Assembly: GCA_963696385.1 (NCBI GenBank)
Contig: CAVOKF010000004.1
Span: 96,001-160,000 of the forward strand
DNA length: 64,000 nucleotides
Direction of reading: 5' to 3'
Origin: an uncultured delta proteobacterium
Lineage (GTDB): Bacteria > Myxococcota_A > Polyangia > Polyangiales > Polyangiaceae
The translations under genes and the position numbers were made by a program. Shown here piece by piece: positions 55,439 to 64,000 of this stretch. The first letter of the stretch is position 1. Each line of letters opens with the position of its first letter. Below the pieces are notes generated by a model that was not told where the DNA came from, did no database searches, and saw only the letters and a program-made list of their open reading frames with translations.

Positions 55439-56243
55439 TCGCATTTCCCGGTGGGTCGGCGCGGAGGACGAGGACCAGAGTGTCGCGACGTTCCGCCGAG
55501 TCTTTGCGGGTGTGTGGCTGCTCTACGACGCGATCGATCTTGCCTGGGGAACGACGGAGCGATCGCTCAGCTGGTTTCCGCATGCACGCGACTGGCGTCT
55601 GGCGACCCTGCAGGGGGTCCTGGTCGCCAGCGGGCTGATGCTCGTCGTCGGCAAGCGCATCTGGATCTTCGGCATGGCGGCCGCCGCCGCGAGGGCCACC
55701 GAAGCTCTCGCATGGTTTCCGCTGAACGATTTTTATTTCGGTTCGATCGTCTACGCCCTGATCGCCCATTCGGGCGGAGGTCCCTTCGCTGAGGGACGGC
55801 GTCCGAAGTGGGTTCACGATGCGCTTCTGGTCGAATTTGCGTGGGTGTACTTAGCCACTGGCGTTCTCAAATTGAATCGCGATTGGCTGAGCGGCGGACA
55901 TCTGTTCGTCCGCACTCAATATCTGGTGCAAAGTCAAAATTGGCCGTTCCCGCTGCCGGTCGAGCGCGCCCTGAGCTCGCTCTCGGTCGACGGCGTCCTG
56001 GCGACTTTGGGAGCCACGCTGGAAATCCTGCTTTCCGCTGTCCTGCTCGCGCGGCGTCCATATCGGCTGGGGGTCACACTGGCCGTCGTCATCCACGGCG
56101 CGGGCGCACTGATCACGAACGTCTGGTTTTTTTCCGCGTCGATGATCGCCGGTGTCGCGTTGCTTCTACCTCGATCGCGTCGCGCAAAGTCGCGGACCGA
56201 CTCGGGACTCCGCCCGCCCCCACGCACGGCTGGCGACCCATGA
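55413..56243 (+). CDS. HTTM-domain membrane protein
   Basis: Multiple TM segments; VYLATGVLKLNRDWLSG signature; LE and IH motifs. Confidence 0.75.
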   Translation: MSPVSLAIDRISRWVGAEDEDQSVATFRRVFAGVWLLYDAIDLAWGTTERSLSWFPHARDWRLATLQGVLVASGLMLVVGKRIWIFGMAAAAARATEALAWFPLNDFYFGSIVYALIAHSGGGPFAEGRRPKWVHDALLVEFAWVYLATGVLKLNRDWLSGGHLFVRTQYLVQSQNWPFPLPVERALSSLSVDGVLATLGATLEILLSAVLLARRPYRLGVTLAVVIHGAGALITNVWFFSASMIAGVALLLPRSRRAKSRTDSGLRPPPRTAGDP

Positions 56244-56619
56244 GGTCCGCGACAAAGAGAGGTTTGCGGCAAAGAAGCCCAGCAAGTTTGCCGCGCGGTC
56301 GCATGGCAAAGGGCAGTGCGGGATACTTGCTGCGGGCACGCGACGGGCCCAAGGGCGGTCATGGTGATATCGGTCTCGTGGGAATCGCTTTCCTCGGCGC
56401 GCCGACATGGTTCTTGGAGCGTTGAGTGGGCAAGGAAGGAGCCGCGCCCGGCCCGACGCTGACCATCGGGAGCTCGACGGCCCCGGGGCCGGTCTCGGCT
56501 CGCGCAATAGCTACCGCGACCAGTGCATTGCGCCCGCGCATCGCCTTCCGCTCATGTGAGCGACCGATACAGCTTTCCGAATCGCCACCGCGTGCGGTAC
56601 AAGCATTCCGAACGCATCT

Positions 56620-56693
56620 GCGCCACTAGCTCAGCTGGATAGAGCGACGGCCTCCGGAGCCGTAGGTCGCAGGTTCGACTCCTGCGTGGCGCG
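56620..56693 (+). tRNA. tRNA-Arg (anticodon CCG)
   Basis: GCGCCAC/GTGGCGC acceptor stem, GCTC/GAGC D arm, ACGGC-CTCCGGA-GCCGT anticodon arm, GCAGG-TTCGACT-CCTGC T arm; full CCA not encoded. Confidence 0.97.
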
Positions 56694-56854
56694 CCTTAGA
56701 AATCATTGAGGATTTGTGGTGGCGCTTACTGCGGCCCGCAGTAAGACCTACGTGTCCTGGCTACATGGCGGGTTCGCCTCAGGATCGTTCAGAAATTCGG
56801 TACGCGCAAGACTTGCAGCCGAGCGCGACTTGGTAAAGAACGGGCAGGTGTTCG

Positions 56855-57236
56855 CAGCAGTGACTCCCGTGATGTCTCGGACACCGAGGGGATGCAAGTA
56901 CTCGACAAATGGAGGCCACGACCTGGCCGCGTCCGCAGTCATCTGCAACGCCTTGGTGGCGGTCCCGACCGTCAGGGGTGACGAGTTGACACGATGAAAC
57001 CATTCTGGATACGCCATGCTCATGCCCATGATCGCGGATAAGAGTTTCTCGTCCATGTGCCCGGAGACCAAAGGCGTACGGTTGGGCGCAATGCCTGGAC
57101 CGTACATGTAAGCCGAAATGCCAAACCCCCTGTCGAGCGTCGGCGCAGCTTGCCCCAGCAACCTGCCTAACCACGTGCGCGTGTCCGACTCGCAGTCGTA
57201 AGCGGCCTCGACGATTGAAATAGCGTCTGGTTTCAC
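56855..57236 (-). pseudogene. N-terminal remnant of a myxobacterial LuxR-type regulator
   Basis: DAISIVEAAYD..TWLGRL..LDRGFG N terminus; resemblance stops after GVRDITGVTA and no HTH follows. Confidence 0.55.
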
Positions 57237-57723
57237 GCGCTCGCTCCCGGGAGCAAGAACGAGCCCCCCGTGCGCAGGCTACGGATTTCGGCGCGTCTGG
57301 CTATAGTCATTTGTTCACATCGATTGGCGTCGTGGCCACGAAAACACATGGAGAACCCAGCGCTTGACGACAAGGGGCGGGACTTGGCGGGACCGTTCGG
57401 CCGGATGTTGGCCGCGGAGAGCGCCGATAATGGCGCCCCATCGAGTGTTTGGACATCAAGTGGGGCGCAGCTCGTGTCGTGCCCTATTCGTAATCGCTGA
57501 GAAATACGGCAAAAAGCCGCTGCCGGTCCGTGGTAGCGAGCTGACTGAATGCGTTTTTGCACTCGTCCGTGTTTGCAGTCAGGTACGGTGCCTGGAGGCA
57601 TCGTTGAACATCCTCCGGCTGCTGGGCGCACACCGCAACGAAAGTGGCCCGCGGAGGAGGCGGCGCCAAGAACGTCACATTGGGATAGAGGGACCGAAAC
57701 GGACGGATCAGAGGGCCAAGCTG

Positions 57724-58207
57724 CTAAGCGAGCTCGCACACGGGCAACGCCGGTGCCTGCTTCCGCAGGTCGATCACCTCTTTCGGTTGCTGAGTCGGCA
57801 GTGCGTGTGAATCGGAAGGCGCAATCGCGGTCCCCGGCGGAATCAATTCGATGACATCGGCACTGATGGTCAGCACGAAGGTGCAATAGAAGCCCAGATA
57901 CGAAGTAATGGTGTGGTCCTCGCGCAGGTCTTCAAGCACTTCGTTTGTCTTGAGTGCCGCGCTTTTATGAAGTGCGTCCATGGCCTCCTTGTACGGAGCC
58001 TCCCCGCCGCTAACGGGAATCACGCACAGGATCGCCCCGGTCGATGCGGACCCGGCCGCGGTTCGCATGAAGCGTACCGCACCCACCTCTTGCCGATACT
58101 GGTGCTGATTTGCGGTCGCGGCGTCGCGTAGAAATCCGGCGCTTGTTCCGCATCCAGCAGCGGCCAGGCCACCGAGCACCACGCCACAGCGTGGCGATGT
58201 GGGTCAT
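57724..58207 (-). CDS. Hypothetical lipoprotein (possible frameshift in the signal peptide)
   Basis: LAAAGC lipobox; GSASTGAILCVIP..YKEAMDAL..ISADVIE. The ATG at 58207 is one base out of frame with the body. Confidence 0.6.
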
Positions 58208-58531
58208 CCGCGGTCCTCGGGTGCGGACCAGCCGACGGCGGCGGTCGGCGTGTCGTCCGTGAGCCTTCCGCTGGGATCCGGCGCTCGCGCGGTCACAGCA
58301 CGCGTGATCGCTGTCGCCCCGGTGGCGGCTACGCTGCCGTATTCTAGCCCCCCATTGCATTGCCGTCGCCGAGTGTAGTGCCTGCAGCCGCTGCGATGCT
58401 ACACCATGTAGCTGGGATCGGGAGTGCGGCTGGCGGCGCCTGGCGGTGCAGGGAACGACCACGTTGATGGAGACGTTTACGGTGATGGATGCGTCGTCAT
58501 CCCGTGCGAATAGAGTCGCAGCCGGATATTC

Positions 58532-59107
58532 GTGCCCCGCGCGCTACATCCCTTGGCGCGATACCGCCGTCTCGTTCCTGGAAACTCGGCCGCTCTTCCA
58601 GATCCCGTGACCGACGAAGAGTCCCCCCGAATTCTGGAAAATGACGCCGATCACGTGGTCGCGGCGTGGCGCCGAGTCGCGATCGTCGTTTGGCTCGGCG
58701 AGACGAGACCGGACGCCATCGAGCGGCTGGGCCGCGCACTCCTTGCGCTGCAAGGCGCCTCGGGCCACTCGGCGGGGCTGTTCACGGTCGTCGGCGACAG
58801 GGCTCGACTGCCATCCGGCGAGGCACGCGCGCTGAGCGCGACGTGGCTGCGAAAGCTGCCGCTCGCGTTTTCTGTCGTGACTTTCGAAGGCGCCGGTTTC
58901 CGAGCCGCGGCGGTCCGCGCCGTCGTTGCGAGCGTTTCGTTCGCTGCGAAGCTCACGTATCCCCGGAAATCCTTCGCCTGCGTCCACGATGCGGCAGCCT
59001 GGGTCGGGGAGAGCACAAGCAGGGAGGGTGAGGCCTCGGTGCCCGCCGAGGCTCTTGTTGCCGCTGTGCACGCTGTACAGGGCGCCCAACAAGCGCGCCA
59101 CGGCTAA
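58532..59107 (+). CDS. Hypothetical protein (myxobacterial STAS/SEC14-like)
   Basis: VAIVVW, LPSGEAR, EGAGFRAAAVRAVV, FACVHDAAAW. Confidence 0.65.
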   Translation: MPRALHPLARYRRLVPGNSAALPDPVTDEESPRILENDADHVVAAWRRVAIVVWLGETRPDAIERLGRALLALQGASGHSAGLFTVVGDRARLPSGEARALSATWLRKLPLAFSVVTFEGAGFRAAAVRAVVASVSFAAKLTYPRKSFACVHDAAAWVGESTSREGEASVPAEALVAAVHAVQGAQQARHG

Positions 59108-59109
59108 TA

Positions 59110-59398
59110 GGCGGCCGAGCCCAGGAGGCGACCGAGTGGATCGAACAGTCCCGCCGCTTCTGGGAGGAGAGCTTCGACCGCCTCGACGAGTGCATCCAGG
59201 AGAAGAGGAAGAAGGAGAAGAAACATGCTCGCAGGAAATAGTCTCGCCGCCGGCGCATCGGATCGCGAGATCGTGACGACGCGCGTGTTCGACGCACCCC
59301 TGGATCTCCTCTTCGAGGCGGGGACTTGTCCCGAGCAGCTCGACGCGTGGTGGGGACCGAAGGGCTTCACGACGACCCCGCACGTCAGGGGTTCGTGA
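59110..59398 (+). pseudogene. Remnants of an ArsR regulator C terminus and an SRPBCC/AHA1 N terminus
   Basis: WIEQSRRFWEESFDRLDE, then from 59225 DREIVTTRVFDAP..LDAWWGPKGFTTT, ending after 57 aa. Confidence 0.7.
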
Positions 59399-60063
59399 TG
59401 GGAAAGCTCGGCGTCCGTTGCTTCAGCGTGTCTCTCGACGGCTTCGGGGCGGGATCCGACCAGGATCTCCGCAACCCGCTGGGCGTCGGCGGCATGGCGC
59501 TTCACGACTGGTTGTTCTCCACGCGCACCTTTCAGAAGGTCCACGGCACCGGAGGCGGTACGACGGGCATCGACGACGACTTCGCCGCGCGCGGATTCGC
59601 AGGCGTCGGCGCCTGGATACTCGGGCGGAATATGTTCGGGCCGATTCGTGGCCCTTGGCCGGATGAGGCGTGGATAGGGTGGTGGGGCGACACCCCGCCG
59701 TACCACACCCCCGTCTTCGTGCTCACGCACCATGCGCGACCATCCATCACGATGGACGGCGGCACCACGTTTCACTTCGTCACCGAAGGCATCCGCGAAG
59801 CGCTTGCGCGTGCCCGCGATGCAGCCAAGGAGCAAGACGTGCGGCTCGGCGGCGGCGTCGCTACGGTCCGGCAGTACCTGGAGGCGGGCTTCGTGGACGA
59901 GATGCACCTCGCCATTGCGCCTGTCTTGCTTGGAACCGGCGAGAGCTTGCTCTCGGGGATCGACTTGGTCCGGTTGGGCTATCGAGTCTCCGAACACGTC
60001 GCGGCGCCGAAGGCCACGCATGTCGTGTTGACAAGGGAGGCTACGAGAAAGCCGTCACCGTAA
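59398..60063 (+). CDS. Dihydrofolate reductase (RibD C-terminal) family protein
   Basis: SVSLDGF, ILGRNMF, PVFVLTH, LGGG, VDEMHL..PVLLG. Confidence 0.92.
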   Translation: MGKLGVRCFSVSLDGFGAGSDQDLRNPLGVGGMALHDWLFSTRTFQKVHGTGGGTTGIDDDFAARGFAGVGAWILGRNMFGPIRGPWPDEAWIGWWGDTPPYHTPVFVLTHHARPSITMDGGTTFHFVTEGIREALARARDAAKEQDVRLGGGVATVRQYLEAGFVDEMHLAIAPVLLGTGESLLSGIDLVRLGYRVSEHVAAPKATHVVLTREATRKPSP

Positions 60064-60099
60064 CGACTTTCGCCGAGCGCGCGCTATAGTTGTCCCGTC

Positions 60100-60324
60100 G
60101 TGCCGCTCTACGAATACGCCTGCAAGAACTGCTCGACCACCTTCGAGGAGCTATCCTCGCGCCTGACGGACGATGCCAAGTGCCCGAAGTGCGGGACCGC
60201 CGAGACCGAGCGCATCCTGTTCTCCCGCGTGGCCGTCGGCGGGCCATCCCGAGCGGAGGCAGTTCCGGCGCCGTGCGGTCGTTGCGGCGATCCTCGCGGA
60301 CCTGGCGCGTGCGGGATGAACTGA
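60100..60324 (+). CDS. FmdB-family zinc ribbon protein
   Basis: MPLYEYACKNC..FEEL..CPKCG. Confidence 0.9.
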   Translation: MPLYEYACKNCSTTFEELSSRLTDDAKCPKCGTAETERILFSRVAVGGPSRAEAVPAPCGRCGDPRGPGACGMN

Positions 60325-60616
60325 TCACCAACGGTTACCGACGCCTCCCCTCCGCCATCCGCGCCTTGAGCAGCTTCACGAGTTTCCGCGCGCCCCCGCC
60401 CGTCAATCCATTGGCAAAAAGCGAGATCGGTTGGAGACGGAGGTCAGATACGTGGCTCCTCGATCCGACTGCTGAAGGGGCGCCGCGGCCCCTCCGAACC
60501 AAGGTGAACGGAGCTTAGCGACAGTTGGCGCAATATGCTATACATTTGTCCAGTATACGCTGCCGTCCCACGCTCGAGCAAGCTTGCACTAATAGAAGGC
60601 GTGGCTAATGTAGAGA

Positions 60617-60763
60617 GTGCCGCGAGTGTGCTCATTCGATGGACTGTCGATCTGGCTCCACTACAAGGACCACCAGCCTCCGCATTTTCACGCGAAATAT
60701 GGGGCGACTGACGGCGCTTCCGAAGTCCAACGAACCGCTCGGCCCGCGCGCCGACCTAGGTGA
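60617..60763 (+). pseudogene. DUF4160 family toxin gene with internal deletion (absent from the ORF track)
   Basis: MPRVCSFDGLSIWLHYKDHQPPHFHAKYG, then loss of similarity; only 48 codons; directly upstream of DUF2442. Confidence 0.75.
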
Positions 60764-60767
60764 CGTC

Positions 60768-61253
60768 ATGATCAAGGTGACCTTCGTTGAGCCCGCGGGC
60801 CCGTCCAAGCTGCTCCTCGGCTTTTCGGACGGAAGCCGCGGCGTCGTCGATCTCGCTAGCCATCTCGATGGGCCGATCTTCGAAGCGCTCCGCAGTCCGA
60901 CCTTCTTCGCGCAGGCGAAGATGGAAGAGGGCACGGTGGTGTGGCCAAACGGCGCCGACTACGCCCCCGAGTTTCTTCACGCGCTCGCCAACGGGTTCCC
61001 ACCGCCGGCAAGCGGCGAAGATGCGAAAGCGATCGAGCGAGAAGTGAGCCTCCGAGAGATCCGCCGCAGCGTGGGCCTTCGCCAGGAGGACGTCGCTGCC
61101 GCCCTGAAAGTCTCGCAATCCGAGCTCTCCCAGTTCGAGGGAAGAGACGATCGGCTCGTGTCGACGCTGAAGCGCTACGCGGTAGCGCTGGGGGGACGTC
61201 TCGAGGTCGCCATCGTCATCGACGGGACACGGCATCCAGTCGGCGGGATGTGA
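60768..61253 (+). CDS. DUF2442 antitoxin-like domain fused to an XRE HTH
   Basis: [25 protein letters not shown], then [23 protein letters not shown]. Confidence 0.85.
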   Translation: MIKVTFVEPAGPSKLLLGFSDGSRGVVDLASHLDGPIFEALRSPTFFAQAKMEEGTVVWPNGADYAPEFLHALANGFPPPASGEDAKAIEREVSLREIRRSVGLRQEDVAAALKVSQSELSQFEGRDDRLVSTLKRYAVALGGRLEVAIVIDGTRHPVGGM

Positions 61254-61634
61254 ACCCGGCTCGCGTCCCCCGAACCGAGCTGACCCGGCTCGGCGAAGCC
61301 AGCGTCATCTACACATTTGTTCGCATGTACATCGCTCCGCTCGGAGGGGGAGCGAGCGCAGATCGAGTCCTGCCCGGCGTGCCCGCGAAATTCTTGGGGA
61401 CTCAGCCTCCCGATTCGTGCGCCCGCACCCAGACGCGCCCCAAAATCCGCACCAAACGGCTCTCGGAGCCAGACGGGCCGTTGAAGGCCGAAAATGACGC
61501 GCCCGGAGAGACCGTGGCCTCGGTGATCGACGACGACATCGCAACGGGTTCGAGCGAAAGACGAACACCCGGTGGACCCAGGGGTGGCGGTTGAGCGAGG
61601 GCGGGTGCAGGAAGACGACCGGCATGCCCTGCCT

Positions 61635-62110
61635 CCAACGTGAAGAGCGCGTGGATGGCGCGCGACCACGAGAGCACCATCACGAAACAGGACAATGGAC
61701 GGCGCGCTCGGCCCGTGCCCACCCATCCGAAGCAGCCCCAGTCGGCCTGTGCTTGCTCGCCCGCCATCACGCGCAGCCGCAGGTACGCTTCCTCCGTTCG
61801 CGCTGGCCGCATGCGGCGCACCACCCTCCGCAGTTGCACCTGCGAGCCAGTGTACCCACGTGGACGCAGCATCTCGAAGAGGCGCGTCGAGCGAAGCCGC
61901 GGATACGTCGCCAGCGTCTCCCGGATGAAGGGCAGGAACGCATCGACCTTCGTCGGCCGCGGTCGCGCCAGATGCGCCAAGAAGCGCTCCGCCTCGCTCA
62001 CGCCTCACCGTGTCGGGGTGGACCGACAGCGCCGACGCGATCGTACCGACCTTCCAGTGCTCGGCGTAAAAGAGTCGACGGATCTCCGCCCGCTGCTCGG
62101 CCGAGATCAT
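61635..62110 (-). pseudogene. istA: IS21 family transposase IstA, frameshifted near 62001 and truncated
   Basis: [51 protein letters not shown]. Confidence 0.88.
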
Positions 62111-62526
62111 CGCGTCGCCCCCTCGGCGTACCCCTCAAAGCCGGCGACGCATCGCGCGGCTCGGCCACCAGCGCACGAATCGGCTCGCTCGGCCGCACAC
62201 GATGCACCGCTGCGCTGCACGCAGGTGCAGCGACTCGCCCTCGTTGTTCCCATCGGCGGTCTCCTTGGACGCGACGGTGCGCTCCGGGCCTGCGGGCGGG
62301 AACCTTGATCCGTCACGCCGCCGCGACGGCGAGCGCGCAGCTCACGCATGGCGGCCCGATGATCCGCTCGCCCCTCCGGGCTGCGCTGGTGACGGGCACG
62401 GGCCTCGCGCCGGCTCCGGGCGCGGCCGCGCGACCGGCATGCCTCACCGCAGTACGCGTGACCTCGATCGCAGCAACGGCAGATGAAGAAGACGGTTCCG
62501 CACCACGCGCACGGACGCATCCGCAA
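62107..62526 (-). CDS. Cys-rich Zn-finger hypothetical protein preceding istA
   Basis: [19 protein letters not shown] and [15 protein letters not shown] overlap with istA. Confidence 0.65.
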   Translation of the reverse strand: MRMRPCAWCGTVFFICRCCDRGHAYCGEACRSRGRARSRREARARHQRSPEGRADHRAAMRELRARRRGGVTDQGSRPQARSAPSRPRRPPMGTTRASRCTCVQRSGASCAAERADSCAGGRAARCVAGFEGYAEGATR

Positions 62527-62580
62527 CGCGTCTTGGTCGTCTCGGGAAGGATGTCGCCGAACGAGCTCGATTCGAGATCG

Positions 62581-63105
62581 TTACTGCGGATCGCGAAGCA
62601 GTGCGGGCGCCGGCCGATCCGGATCGAGCCGACGGATCGCCTTGACCAGGCGCGCGCGGCAACAGTCGCAGTAGTGGCCCTCGCCTAGCTCGTCCATCAG
62701 CATCACCGCCCGGCGGTACTGTTCTGCCGCGACGTCGCCCGAACCTCTCGCCTCGTGCACCTGACCGAGCCGCTCGATTGCCAGAGGCTCGTGGGGATAT
62801 TCCGACTCGAGCTGGCGAGCTGTCGCCTCGGCCTCGTCGTACTGCCCGGCGTCGATCTGTTCGAGCACCCGCTCGGCGAGCCCGTCGACTTCATCCAACG
62901 CCCGCGACTCCTGCAAAACCTCCCGCGCCCGCTCCAGCACCGCCGCGGCGACCGTGGGCCCTCCGTCCACTTCCGCAGCCTGTCGCTCGTTCTCCGCTCT
63001 TAGCCGTTCTGCCCGCTCCTCAGCCTCCACTCGTTCGAGACAGCATCGCTTGAACTTCTTGCCGCTGCCGCACGGGCACGGATCGTTGCGTCCGACCTTG
63101 GCCAT
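62581..63105 (-). CDS. SEC-C motif / TPR-like protein
   Basis: [23 protein letters not shown]-like helices; GGAG RBS. Confidence 0.85.
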   Translation of the reverse strand: MAKVGRNDPCPCGSGKKFKRCCLERVEAEERAERLRAENERQAAEVDGGPTVAAAVLERAREVLQESRALDEVDGLAERVLEQIDAGQYDEAEATARQLESEYPHEPLAIERLGQVHEARGSGDVAAEQYRRAVMLMDELGEGHYCDCCRARLVKAIRRLDPDRPAPALLRDPQ

Positions 63106-63254
63106 CGCCCGGTGCTCCTACCCGATCTCCAACCGGGCTGCACTGGCCGGCAATTCGTTCACGTTCCGCCACTTCTTCGTGAGCGCCGACACCCCGCACC
63201 TTGACACGTTCGTCCGCGGCGACCGATGCCCAGAGTGCGTCGGGGACGATACCG

Positions 63255-63425
63255 CGGAAGCGACGGCGCTGGAGCTCGTCGGCTATGCCGATCAGTGCGG
63301 CGGCCTCGACAACGTCGCCTCGGTGCTGGCCGAGTTGGTCGAATCGCTTGATGCCGAGAAACCTCCTCGCTGCAGCGCAGCTTTGTCCGACCTCCTGGGT
63401 GCAGCGCCTCGGCTACCTGCTCGCA
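63255..63425 (+). pseudogene. Fragment of a type IV TA AbiEi-family antitoxin
   Basis: EATALELVGY..GGLDNVASVLAEL, then in a shifted frame LLAAAQLCPTSWVQRLGYLL. Confidence 0.65.
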
Positions 63426-63623
63426 CGAGGTCCGTGCGCATGGTGAACGCGGGCCGTACTTTTCTGCTGGCGAGGCCGAGAAGATTGGCGGCGACGACGT
63501 CCAGCCGCAGCGTTGGAGCGCCTCGCGGCGCTTGGACGTCTCAGCCGAGATTCGTGGGCGCGGTGGCGCGGAGTTGTCCGTTCCACGGCAAGAGCGTCGG
63601 GCATCTCCCTTCGGGAGCACTTG

Positions 63624-63740
63624 ATGCGTGTCGATACGAACGTCCTTTCCGAGCTCCTTCGTCCGCGGCCGAACGCCAACGTCGTCGCCTGGTTCGGGGC
63701 GCAGGAGATGATTCACATCAGCGTTGTCACTCTCGAAGAG
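63624..63740 (+). pseudogene. N-terminal fragment of a VapC PIN toxin
   Basis: VDTNVLSELLRPRPNANVVAW..ISVVTLEE, then similarity ends. Confidence 0.7.
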
Positions 63741-64000
63741 CACGCTCCCGCCGGCGCGGCGATCTCACTCTTGCGTGCGTGACGCGTGACTGGTTGATTG
63801 CTTCGCCCGTGGATGAAGCTCCCCACATGCGACCCGAAGCTTACCGGTCTATTCGGATCCCAGGGGTCGGATGGGGTCGAAGACCCGTGTGAGCGCCGCG
63901 TGAACGGGAACTTCCAGCGTGGGCGTGTGTCGCTGTGGTTCCATGAAGCTTCCGACGCCCATGATCGCTTTCTCGATGCCGATCCTCGCAAGCATGACGG

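Larger units (their letters stand above)
61625..63191 (-). mobile_element. Partial IS21-like element (SEC-C gene, Zn-finger ORF, istA)
   Basis: Candidate left end TGTCGGCGCTCACG reading leftward from 63191; co-oriented SEC-C, Zn-finger and IstA frames. Confidence 0.6.

Overview
GC-rich window, most likely from a Polyangiaceae-like myxobacterium (inferred from gene families: Ser/Thr kinase-PEGA-propeller cluster, FHA-sigma54 activator, FGE-sulfatase lipoproteins, ECF/FecR). It has three parts. (1) 1-7 kb is a mobile/defence patch: an XRE-ImmA/IrrE peptidase + PIN pair, an IS5 transposase cut by an IS21-like element carrying a Zn-ribbon ORF, internal DNA repeats, a ParB-like gene and istA (itself interrupted by a second IS21-like end), then higBA and an orphan XRE gene. 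(2) 7-56 kb holds accessory signalling and secreted-protein genes, then core genes: peptide ABC transporter, purC/purS, thiolase, ECF sigma/FecR, pcnB, dnaK. (3) From tRNA-Arg(CCG) at 56.6 kb to the end is a decayed island with gene fragments, several broken toxin-antitoxin loci and a third Zn-finger/istA element. Several single-indel frameshifts in otherwise intact genes may be sequencing or assembly errors. No CRISPR array, rRNA or reverse transcriptase was seen. The best candidates for an under-described system are the Zn-ribbon/ParB/IstA transposon with internal repeats and the XRE-peptidase-UPF0175-like + PIN module. All family calls come from motif recognition, not database searches, and many start codons are estimates.
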